Below, one piece after another: positions 10,063 through 18,350 of a DNA stretch of 64,000 nucleotides. The notes beneath the pieces were generated by a model. The model was not told the origin of the DNA and did no database searches. It saw nothing but the letters and a program-made list of their open reading frames with translations. The stretch spans positions 6,844 through 70,843 of the forward strand of contig JBJESZ010000012.1 of NCBI GenBank assembly GCA_051883055.1. The letters are read 5' to 3'. The translations under genes were made by a program, and so were the position numbers. This stretch comes from Emergencia sp. (GTDB lineage Bacteria; Bacillota; Clostridia; Peptostreptococcales; Anaerovoracaceae). How positions within the stretch are numbered: position 1 is the stretch's first letter; each line of letters starts with the position of its first letter.

Positions 10063-10929
10063 ATGAACGGATTAATAATTAAAGGAATCGGAGGTTTTTA
10101 CTATGTAAAAACCTCCGAAGGAGTTTATCAGGCAAAAGGAAGAGGACTGTTTAAAAAGGAAGGAACGGTGCTTTCTGTTGGTGACTGCGTTTCAATTGAT
10201 GTTTTGCCTGATGGGGATGCTGTAATCAACAGTATTGAACCGAGAAAGAACCATTTTATCAGACCGCCTATTGCAAATGTTGACAGCATCATAGTGGTCT
10301 TTTCAGCGACAAAACCGAAGCCGAATTTTACTGTTATAGATAAGTTTCTGATAACGGCAGAACAGAAGGGGATAGAACCCATAATCTGCATAAACAAGTG
10401 CGACCTGCTGACGGAAGAGAAGGTGAATCAGCTTGCAGAGATTTACGAACCCTCCTATAAGGTTGTGCGGACAAGCATCAAATCAGGTGAAGGTATAAGT
10501 CAGCTGGAGGAGCTTATTAAAGGTCGGAAGGTGGCCTTTGCGGGTCCATCCGGTGTAGGAAAATCAACCCTTACCAACGCTATTATTCCTGAAGCTAATA
10601 TGGAGACGGGAAGAATAAGTGAGAAAACCAGCAGGGGAAAGCACACTACGAGACATGTGGAAATCTTTGAAACAAGGGGTGGAGGATATGTATTCGATAC
10701 ACCCGGCTTTACATCCTTCGATATTCTGGAGGCTGAAGAAGATAATTTAAAGGAATATTATCCTGAGATAGCCAGATTTACCGGTAAGTGCAGATTTGAC
10801 AACTGCCGCCATATTAAAGAGCCTGGATGTGCAGTTGTTGAAGCTGTCGAATCAGGTATGATAAATAAGCAGAGATATGAATCATATCTGCAGCATATGG
10901 AAGAAATCAGGAAAAGAAAAAAATATTAG
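10063..10929 (+). CDS. rsgA: Ribosome small subunit-dependent GTPase A
   Basis: NKCD, GPSGVGKS, GKHTTR, DTPGF, CRFDNCRHIKEPGC. Confidence 0.97.
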   Translation: MNGLIIKGIGGFYYVKTSEGVYQAKGRGLFKKEGTVLSVGDCVSIDVLPDGDAVINSIEPRKNHFIRPPIANVDSIIVVFSATKPKPNFTVIDKFLITAEQKGIEPIICINKCDLLTEEKVNQLAEIYEPSYKVVRTSIKSGEGISQLEELIKGRKVAFAGPSGVGKSTLTNAIIPEANMETGRISEKTSRGKHTTRHVEIFETRGGGYVFDTPGFTSFDILEAEEDNLKEYYPEIARFTGKCRFDNCRHIKEPGCAVVEAVESGMINKQRYESYLQHMEEIRKRKKY

Positions 10930-10952
10930 TGTATTAATGAGGAGAAAAAACA

Positions 10953-11609
10953 ATGGGTAAGATAGCACCGTCAATTCTTTCGGCAGACTTTTCCAGGCTG
11001 GGAGAACAGGTTGAAGCAATTAGCAGAGCAGGAGCAGATTATGTACATGTGGACGTAATGGACGGGCATTTCGTTCCAAATATCAGTTTTGGAAGTGCAG
11101 TGATGAAGTCACTAAACAAGCTTGAAACTGCACCGTATGATGTTCACCTGATGATAGAAAATCCGGATGCATACATAGGAGATTTTGTTACAGATAAGAC
11201 GGAGTTCATCGTCGTTCACCAGGAGGCATGCAGACATCTGCACAGAACTGTTCAGAATATCAAAGCCCACGGGGTGAAGGCGGGAGTTGCTTTGAATCCT
11301 GCTACACCTGTTTCCACACTGGAATGTATTCTTGAGGATCTGGATCTTGTTCTTGTAATGTCGGTAAACCCCGGCTTTGGTGGTCAGAAATTCATACCAA
11401 AGGCTTTGGAAAAAATTAAAGAGCTCGATGCAGTCAGAAAAGCAAAAGGGTATGACTTTGCAATCGAGATAGATGGCGGTATTACACTTGATAATATCAG
11501 TATGGTAAGTGATGCAGGCTGTGATATATTTGTTGCAGGTTCTGCAGTGTTTAAGGCGGAAGACCTCGAGAAGAGAATATGTGAATTTAAAAATGCTGTT
11601 CCGGAATAA
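10953..11609 (+). CDS. rpe: Ribulose-phosphate 3-epimerase
   Basis: APSILSADF, HVDVMDGHFVPN, MSVNPGFGGQKF, IDGG. Confidence 0.97.
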   Translation: MGKIAPSILSADFSRLGEQVEAISRAGADYVHVDVMDGHFVPNISFGSAVMKSLNKLETAPYDVHLMIENPDAYIGDFVTDKTEFIVVHQEACRHLHRTVQNIKAHGVKAGVALNPATPVSTLECILEDLDLVLVMSVNPGFGGQKFIPKALEKIKELDAVRKAKGYDFAIEIDGGITLDNISMVSDAGCDIFVAGSAVFKAEDLEKRICEFKNAVPE

Positions 11610-11631
11610 CCGGAAACAGCATTTTTAAATT
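11584..11631. terminator. Bidirectional intrinsic terminator between convergent rpe and the PBP gene
   Basis: aatttaaaaatgctgttccgg-aataa-ccggaaacagcatttttaaatt, a long near-perfect inverted repeat with A/T runs on both sides. Confidence 0.8.
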
Positions 11632-11655
11632 TATAGATTTATATTTTTCACAATA

Positions 11656-14637
11656 TTACTCAGCGTCTGTATTGGAATCCGAACCCGGGTCATCAGGTTC
11701 AACCGGTTCCGGATCAGGCTGATCCGGCTGATCAGGTTCATCTGGCTCAACAGGATCCTGAGGTTCTGCCGGTTCAGGTTCAGGAACAACTACCGTTTTA
11801 TCCGGATGAACAGGATATTTTTCAGGATTTGAATTGTGAAGATAACAGTAGTACTTTGGAATCTTTGTCATCTCATAAATATCCTTCTTTTCTACATTCT
11901 TGCAGTCCGGTGTAGCGATGAATCCTGAATCCTTACATATTGAAATCTTCTTGGTCAGATCCTTTAAACTTCCGGTTCCGCCCTGTGTTCCGCTTATATA
12001 GTATTCTCCTCCTGAACGGATTACGTTAGATGGCATGGATTTATATGAGCCTTCTTTAGCTCCGGGAATCTGATCCATTATTCTTCCCCACAGTCTGGCT
12101 GCATAATCACTCATTCCTGTCAGTTTGAAATTCTGATCGTTTCCTATCCAGAGCGAAGCAGAGTAGTTTGGAGTGAATCCGTCAAACCAGATATCCACTT
12201 CATTATCTGTAGTACCTGTTTTACCACCTGACTGAACACCTGAGATGGAAGCAGGTCTTCCAAGACCATTTGTTACTACGGATTTAAGAAGATCACACAT
12301 AATCCATGCAACACCTGAGTCAAGTACTTCAAATTTTTCATTTTTGGAATTGTTCAGCAGTACTTTACCGGAATTATCCTCTACCTTTATATAAGATGTT
12401 GTTTCGTAACGAACACCATTGTTAGGGAAGGTGGTGTATGCGCTGGCCATTTCAAGTGGTGTAACACCGTTTGTCATTCCACCGAGAGCAAGAGCTGCGG
12501 CATTCATATCGTTGGTATCGCCTTCCAGATCAAGTGTAGTAATACCATATTTCTGTACCAGCTCAGATGAGTATTCTGCTCCCACCTGCATGAAAATCTT
12601 TACCGCACATGTATTAAGTGACTGCTGAAGTGCCGTTCTCAATGTCTGAGGACCGGAATAACCGCCACCGGCGTTATGAGGCCACTGTTCACCGTTAATC
12701 GTTGTAACCTCGTCTATAACAATTGAGCCGGCTGTCAGATAATTACCCCAGTACTTTTTACCCTGTTTGTCAATCTTGAAATCAGTAAATGTATGCTTCT
12801 TTCCTTCTGCATACTCTTCAGCGCTCTGCTGGAGTGCTGCCGAATATACGCCGAGAGGCTTGATTGAGGAGCCCGGCTGTCTTGGACTTGTAGCCCTGTT
12901 GTGAAGCTGTCTGCCTGAGGTTTTTCTTCCTCCGACAAGTGCCTTGATATATCCGGATGAGTTTTCGACTATTGCCATTGCAGCCTGAGGCTGTACGACC
13001 TTCTGTTCAAGTGTGTACGCTCCTGCAGTGAGTGTAACTGTGCCGTCATCATTGAATCTGAAATAATCCTTGTAGTTTTCATCATTGAGAAACTCTGAAG
13101 AGATGACGATATTGTCTTTTGAATCTCTTGATTTATAGTTCTGCGGAACGTTTATGAATCCACCGCTGATTGAACAGAGCTCTCCGTCGTCGTATACATA
13201 CATCGGTTTGAACTCAAGACTGTAGTCAATTTCACCGTTTACTTCTGTGTCATAGAAGTTCAGGCGCTTGCCTGTTTTCAGTACCAGATTGCCGTCCTTG
13301 TCAAGCTTGGCTTCCGATTTCTTAAAGTTGAAATCTCCATCCTCGTCGAAGAAATTGTAGTAGTCATACAGTGCAATTCCTCCATACGTGTTAAGAATAT
13401 TTCCGCTGCTGTCCGTTGATGTGTAAAGGCTAGGGAAGTTGCTGTTATCCTCAAACTCCTTCTCAACAACAGCCTGTGCAGTTGAGTCTAAGGTTGAGTA
13501 AATCTTTAGTCCGCCGTTATATACTCTTTCAAATGCCTTATCATAATCCCAGTCCTTTTCTTCCATAAGATCATCGATTACCTCACTGATAACATAGTCT
13601 GCAAAGTAAGCTGACTTCGTTGAAGATACATTATAGTTCGGTTTCAGAATCTTGCGAAGAGGCTTGGCGGATGCCTTCTCATACTGTTCTTCTGTAATGT
13701 AACCCTGTTCCTGCATCAGCTTTAGACATGTTATTCTGCGGTCCTTGCTGGCCTCATTGGCAACCCAGTATCCGTCAAAGGTTTCCTTAAGTATGTTTTC
13801 ATCATTCTTCTTTATTTCGCCTTTGTTATAGAATTCAACAAGCTGATACGCAGAAGGTGCCTGCGGCAGTGCAGCAAGAGCCGCGCACTGAGCCAGCGTA
13901 AGCTTACTTACATCCTTAGAGAAATAAGCCTGTGATGCTGCCTGAACACCGCTGCTGTGATATCCGAAGCTGATAGTGTTAAGATATGCTAAAAGTATTT
14001 CCTCTTTAGTAAGATTACGCTCAATAATTACCGTATAATATGCTTCAATTATTTTTCGCCTGTAGTCGTAATCGAACTGGGAATCCTTTAGATACAGGTT
14101 TCTTGCGAGCTGCTGGGTGATAGTACTTGTTCCGCTTACTCTGCCTCCGTGAATAATCTTGTCCTTTATTGCTCCGGCTATTCTGATAAAGTTAAACCCG
14201 TGATGCTTCCAGAATGTCTTGTCCTCCAGTGCGACCACTGCATTGATAAGGTTTTCCGGAAGCTCGTCATATTCTACGTTTTCTCTGTTAGACTCAGAGT
14301 AGACCGTATCAATCTCCTTGCCGTCTCCATCATAAATAACGGTGCTTTCCGAGAGCAGTTCGTACAGGTTATCAGGATCGATATCAGGAGCACCTGCAAT
14401 AGTCTTTACGACAAACACTCCTAAAGCGGCACACATTATTATTCCGAGACACAAAATCACCAGAATAACTTTCTTGAAGGTTCCGCGTTTTTTATTTCCC
14501 TTCTTTTTCCTGCTCTTTGCCGGTGCATCAATAACTGCCTGCTCAGAGACAACGGCAGCGTCTGCTGCATTGTTTGCACCCTGGGCATGCTTTCCCTTAG
14601 GTTTAAATAATCCCTTTTTCTTATTATCGCTGCGCAT
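11656..14637 (-). CDS. Class A penicillin-binding protein (PBP1A family, transglycosylase/transpeptidase)
   Basis: N-terminal TM; transglycosylase motifs EDKTFWKHHG, GTSTITQQLARN, RKIIE; transpeptidase motifs SSIK, SLN, KTGT; acidic Pro-rich tail. Confidence 0.93.
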   Translation of the reverse strand: MRSDNKKKGLFKPKGKHAQGANNAADAAVVSEQAVIDAPAKSRKKKGNKKRGTFKKVILVILCLGIIMCAALGVFVVKTIAGAPDIDPDNLYELLSESTVIYDGDGKEIDTVYSESNRENVEYDELPENLINAVVALEDKTFWKHHGFNFIRIAGAIKDKIIHGGRVSGTSTITQQLARNLYLKDSQFDYDYRRKIIEAYYTVIIERNLTKEEILLAYLNTISFGYHSSGVQAASQAYFSKDVSKLTLAQCAALAALPQAPSAYQLVEFYNKGEIKKNDENILKETFDGYWVANEASKDRRITCLKLMQEQGYITEEQYEKASAKPLRKILKPNYNVSSTKSAYFADYVISEVIDDLMEEKDWDYDKAFERVYNGGLKIYSTLDSTAQAVVEKEFEDNSNFPSLYTSTDSSGNILNTYGGIALYDYYNFFDEDGDFNFKKSEAKLDKDGNLVLKTGKRLNFYDTEVNGEIDYSLEFKPMYVYDDGELCSISGGFINVPQNYKSRDSKDNIVISSEFLNDENYKDYFRFNDDGTVTLTAGAYTLEQKVVQPQAAMAIVENSSGYIKALVGGRKTSGRQLHNRATSPRQPGSSIKPLGVYSAALQQSAEEYAEGKKHTFTDFKIDKQGKKYWGNYLTAGSIVIDEVTTINGEQWPHNAGGGYSGPQTLRTALQQSLNTCAVKIFMQVGAEYSSELVQKYGITTLDLEGDTNDMNAAALALGGMTNGVTPLEMASAYTTFPNNGVRYETTSYIKVEDNSGKVLLNNSKNEKFEVLDSGVAWIMCDLLKSVVTNGLGRPASISGVQSGGKTGTTDNEVDIWFDGFTPNYSASLWIGNDQNFKLTGMSDYAARLWGRIMDQIPGAKEGSYKSMPSNVIRSGGEYYISGTQGGTGSLKDLTKKISICKDSGFIATPDCKNVEKKDIYEMTKIPKYYCYLHNSNPEKYPVHPDKTVVVPEPEPAEPQDPVEPDEPDQPDQPDPEPVEPDDPGSDSNTDAE
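11680..11785 (-). repeat. Pro/Glu/Asp-rich low-complexity coding tail of the PBP
   Basis: PEPEPAEPQDPVEPDEPDQPDQPDPEPVEPDDPG. Confidence 0.8.
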
Positions 14638-14741
14638 ATATTTTACCCTTTCATTAAAACAATAAAATCTATTCCATTATACCATATATGACTGTAAATA
14701 GTAACATTATTTACTATATTAATAAATTGTCGTTTGTGCTA

Positions 14742-14770
14742 TTTACAAATGAACACAAAAATGGTATATT
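14742..14770 (+). promoter_or_regulatory. Sigma-A-type promoter of comEC-holA
   Basis: TTTACA-17 bp-TATATT with extended TG; predicted +1 is near the ATG at 14777. Confidence 0.55.
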
Positions 14771-14776
14771 ATGGAA

Positions 14777-16882
14777 ATGAGAAGAATGCTTTTTGTTTAC
14801 GTACTCCTGTTTCTGACAGGAATTGCCGCGATGTACCTTTACCAGTTACGAGTCGATAACGGACCGATGGAATACTATGTTGGCAGTGAGACTGAATGCC
14901 TGGGCCGGGTCATGCAGATTGAAAAGAAAAATGAAAAATACAGTATAGTCGTGAAAACCGATTACGGGATAATTCTTTGTTCTTATTATGGTAAAATTGA
15001 TGATTATAAGCGTACATTTCGTCAGCATGTTCGTTTTTCCGGTATGATTGAGAGGCCTGAACCTGCTGGAAATCCGCGAGCCTTTGATTACTCCCTGTAC
15101 CTTAAATCCAGAGGAATTCACTATATCAGCACCCCGGGCTATATGGACTTTTATGATGGTTCTATAAGCTATTATGATAGATTCAGAAGATGGATATTCC
15201 TGACAAGAGAGGATTTTATTGAGAAACTTAATCTGGATGACGAAACAGATGGCATTATCAGAGGTGTGCTGTTTGGTGATACGAATGAGCTTGATGAGGA
15301 AGTGTATGAGGATTTCAGAAAGAACTCTACGGCACATGTGCTTGCGGTAAGCGGTCTCCATATAGGTGTGCTGTTCGGTTTGTTCAGTGCGGTCAGGAAA
15401 AAGAGAAACACTCTTTTTATTACAGTTATCTTTGTTGTGTTTACGCTTGTATACGGATGTGCCACGTTATGGTCTGTTTCTGTGACCAGAGCAATCGTTC
15501 TTATGTACATAATGATATTCGGCAACTATATAGACCGGCGGTATGATCTGATCACGGCCGCAGCTCTTGTTGCCGCTGTTTTTGCAGCAGTCAATCCGTA
15601 TGTTATTTTTGGAGCGGGGTTTCAGATGTCATTTCTCGCAGTAGTATCTATCGCTTTTCTGACGCCGGTTACGGAGAGGCTGCTGCCTCTGAACCTTGCT
15701 GGAGCAGTTTCGGTACAGCTGGGCATGATTCCATACATGATTTACAGCTTCAATGGTATTTCCCTGGCAGGTCTGGCGGTCAATATTCCTGTGGTTTTTC
15801 TGATTTCTGTACTGGTACCTGCAGGAGTATTAAGTTTCTTTATTTTTGCTGCCTCGGGAATCACAATTCCGGCTATTCCCGCAGTTCTCGGCCTCTTGTC
15901 AAAACTCACTGTATTTATAAACCATCTGTTCGCGGAAAAGGACTTTCTATACCTAAGTCTTCCGTCCATGAAGCCCGGGGTGCTGATACTAATCTATGGA
16001 TTAATGTTTTTCTGTGTTTCGGAGTATTTTCAGGTACATGTAAAACGAAGACAGTACAGGAAGGTGTTTATGCCTCTGGCACTTATTATTGCAGTTTTTG
16101 TCGGAGTGTGGCAGGCAGACAGAACACCCTTTGACAAAGCAGACGTCGTTTTTCTTGATGTTGGTCAGGGTGACTCTGTCCATATCAAAGCAGACAAAGA
16201 GAGAAATATTCTAATCGACGGCGGGGGAAATGTTAATTACAACGTTGGAAATAAGGTACTGAAGCCGTATCTGCTGAAAAACGGATATGGAAAGATTGAT
16301 CTTGCGCTTGCTACTCATCTTCATACAGATCATTATCTGGGGCTTCAGCAGCTCTCTGAAAGCTTTGACATAAAAGAAATTATAACGAAAGCACAAGCGG
16401 GCGATGTCATACGTTTGAACGAAAACAGCAGCATACATATATTATGGCCTGAAGGATGCAACTCTGAAAGCGATGATGAAAATCTGAACAGTCTGATATT
16501 CAAGGTGAACCTTGATAATGTGTCGGTTTTGATAACCGGTGATATTACTGAGGAGGGGGAAAAAATGCTGGTCAGTAAATATGCCGGAACGGACGTATTG
16601 AAAGCTGACGTGCTGAAGGTGGCTCATCATGGAAGCTCTTACAGCAGCTGTGACGCATTTATTGATGCTGTAAATCCGAAGGTGGCAGTAATTTCTGTGG
16701 GAAAAAACAATTACGGGCATCCCGGTCAGGATGTAATTGAAAAACTTGAGGAAAAAGGTATAATGGTATTCAGGACTGACCTTGACGGGGCAGTCGGCAT
16801 TATAAGGAAAGGTGACGGGTTTTCAGTATGTACAAAAATAAACCGGAAAAGCATGCGTTCAGAGTCTTCGCTGAGGACATGA
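14777..16882 (+). CDS. comEC: DNA uptake channel ComEC/Rec2
   Basis: OB domain (NPRAFDY), HVLAVSGLHIG competence domain, metallo-beta-lactamase domain (DVGQGDS, THLHTDH, KVAHHGS, NNYGHP); start could be 14771 or 14777. Confidence 0.93.
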   Translation: MRRMLFVYVLLFLTGIAAMYLYQLRVDNGPMEYYVGSETECLGRVMQIEKKNEKYSIVVKTDYGIILCSYYGKIDDYKRTFRQHVRFSGMIERPEPAGNPRAFDYSLYLKSRGIHYISTPGYMDFYDGSISYYDRFRRWIFLTREDFIEKLNLDDETDGIIRGVLFGDTNELDEEVYEDFRKNSTAHVLAVSGLHIGVLFGLFSAVRKKRNTLFITVIFVVFTLVYGCATLWSVSVTRAIVLMYIMIFGNYIDRRYDLITAAALVAAVFAAVNPYVIFGAGFQMSFLAVVSIAFLTPVTERLLPLNLAGAVSVQLGMIPYMIYSFNGISLAGLAVNIPVVFLISVLVPAGVLSFFIFAASGITIPAIPAVLGLLSKLTVFINHLFAEKDFLYLSLPSMKPGVLILIYGLMFFCVSEYFQVHVKRRQYRKVFMPLALIIAVFVGVWQADRTPFDKADVVFLDVGQGDSVHIKADKERNILIDGGGNVNYNVGNKVLKPYLLKNGYGKIDLALATHLHTDHYLGLQQLSESFDIKEIITKAQAGDVIRLNENSSIHILWPEGCNSESDDENLNSLIFKVNLDNVSVLITGDITEEGEKMLVSKYAGTDVLKADVLKVAHHGSSYSSCDAFIDAVNPKVAVISVGKNNYGHPGQDVIEKLEEKGIMVFRTDLDGAVGIIRKGDGFSVCTKINRKSMRSESSLRT

Positions 16883-17877
16883 AGCTGAATAATATAAAAA
16901 ATGTCAATCTGATGTATGGCGTAGAACAGTATCTGGTTAAATGGGCCGTGGAAGCTCTTGTGAAAAAATACGTCAATCCGGCATGCAGGTCTATGGATTA
17001 TCTTATTCTTGATGACGAGAACTCGTCTGTAGATCGTATAATTGAGGCATGTGAAACCTTTTCCATGTTTTCTGAGAAAAGGGTAGTGTGGGTGCGTGAC
17101 TTCAGACCGCTTACAAGTGACAGCACAAGAGGCTATGGCAAAGCCGATATCGAGCATCTTTGTGAATACATCGAGTCACCAAACGAGGGAACAGTGGTAA
17201 TTTTTTCTGCTGAGGAAATCAAGGACAGTGCTTCAATGACAAAGGTACTGAAGAAGAATGGAAGAACCTACGATTTTGCCCCTCTTGGGAAAAGTGAACT
17301 GATTTCTTTTGCAGGAAAGAGATTTAAAGTGGCAGGAGTTCATGCCAGTCCCAGAATGATAAATTTACTGATAGATGCGACAGGATACAGTAATCGAGAG
17401 AGCGACTACCGGCTCTTTAACTTTGAAAATGATATTGCAAAGGTTATCGCTGTCAGTGATGGATTCGAAATAAAAGAACATGACATTGAACAGGCGGTCA
17501 GCGGAGATATGGACACATTCGTGTTCGACATGCTGGATGGAATAAGCAATAATCAGAAGGATAGGGCATTTGCAGTCCTATATAACATGCTTCACTCAGG
17601 AACAGACAGTTTTTCTATAATAGGAGCAATAGTATCTCATTTTGAGCTTATGTTGTCAGTGAAACAGCTGAGAGATGATGGAATGGATCTGAAAGCAATT
17701 CACAGCAGACTTGGAGGTAGCGAATACAGGATTAAAAAAATGATTCCGTATACTAACCGTTATTCAGCAGAGAAGCTGAAAAAAACCCTCTCGGATATTT
17801 ATGAAGTGGACAGAAACATAAAGACGGGGATTCTTTCTGACCAGATGGCACTGGAAATGTTTATTGCCCGTATGTAA
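16828..17877 (+). CDS. holA: DNA polymerase III delta subunit
   Basis: LMYGVEQYL, ETFSMFSEKRVV, DRNIKTG; conserved position after comEC. Confidence 0.88.
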   Translation: MYKNKPEKHAFRVFAEDMKLNNIKNVNLMYGVEQYLVKWAVEALVKKYVNPACRSMDYLILDDENSSVDRIIEACETFSMFSEKRVVWVRDFRPLTSDSTRGYGKADIEHLCEYIESPNEGTVVIFSAEEIKDSASMTKVLKKNGRTYDFAPLGKSELISFAGKRFKVAGVHASPRMINLLIDATGYSNRESDYRLFNFENDIAKVIAVSDGFEIKEHDIEQAVSGDMDTFVFDMLDGISNNQKDRAFAVLYNMLHSGTDSFSIIGAIVSHFELMLSVKQLRDDGMDLKAIHSRLGGSEYRIKKMIPYTNRYSAEKLKKTLSDIYEVDRNIKTGILSDQMALEMFIARM

Positions 17878-17908
17878 TAAGAATGCATAAAAAAACTGGA
17901 CGTGCAGT

Positions 17909-17942
17909 AAGGGCGTGGATATTTATTCACACCCTTTTTTTA
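17909..17942 (+). terminator. Intrinsic terminator after holA
   Basis: aagggcgtggat-attt-attcacaccctt followed by a T run. Confidence 0.7.
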
Positions 17943-18161
17943 TGGAAAAAAATTACTTGGAAGTTTATAGAAATGATAAAAAAATATGTGGATAACTTAT
18001 CTATTGACAAATGAATTGACGCGTGCACCCTTTGATTTTAAAGGAATGTATGACTTATAGTTATCCACATGGTGCTGTGGAATAAATTGTATACAATCTG
18101 GAGGTTTTTGTGAAGAAGGTGTGCGAAGCTTTAAAAATAGAGGATTGAAGAGTGTGGAAAA
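17923..18161. promoter_or_regulatory. DnaA-box cluster
   Basis: Perfect TTATCCACA at 18061-18069 and its complement TGTGGATAA at 17987-17995; TTWTNCACA matches at 17923-17931 and 18153-18161 (complement); one-mismatch boxes at 17941, 18076 and 18109. Confidence 0.7.
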
Positions 18162-18280
18162 GTTGACGGGAAATAATAGGATAACTTTCTGAAAAAAAGA
18201 ATATATAAAAAATGTTTAAAAAATTTTTATAAAAAATTTGTTAACTGGCCACAAAAAAATAAAAAAATTCTGTATACATT

Positions 18281-18319
18281 CATAATTGTACTTTTTATTG
18301 TACAATTATGTGCTATAAT
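18281..18319 (+). promoter_or_regulatory. Hydrogenase-operon promoter with overlapping 11-bp inverted repeat (probable operator)
   Basis: CATAATTGTAC-N8-GTACAATTATG (18281-18310) directly abuts the extended -10 TGCTATAAT (18311-18319). Confidence 0.6.
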
Positions 18320-18350
18320 TAGCCTAGGAAAATTTTTGGAGGTTAAAAAC

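Noticed and set aside
9950-11785. CRISPR or non-coding tandem repeats
   Set aside because: The repeats are in-frame Pro/Glu/Asp codons at the ends of PrkC and the PBP.
18238-18255. Rex operator (TTGTTAACTGGCCACAAA) upstream of the hydrogenase
   Set aside because: Only the left half fits TTGTTAA-N4-TTAACAA; the right half and spacing do not.
17880-18350. Chromosomal replication origin (oriC)
   Set aside because: DnaA boxes and an AT-rich tract are present, but there is no dnaA/dnaN/rpmH context and the dominant gene orientation does not flip across the site. Kept only as a DnaA-box cluster.
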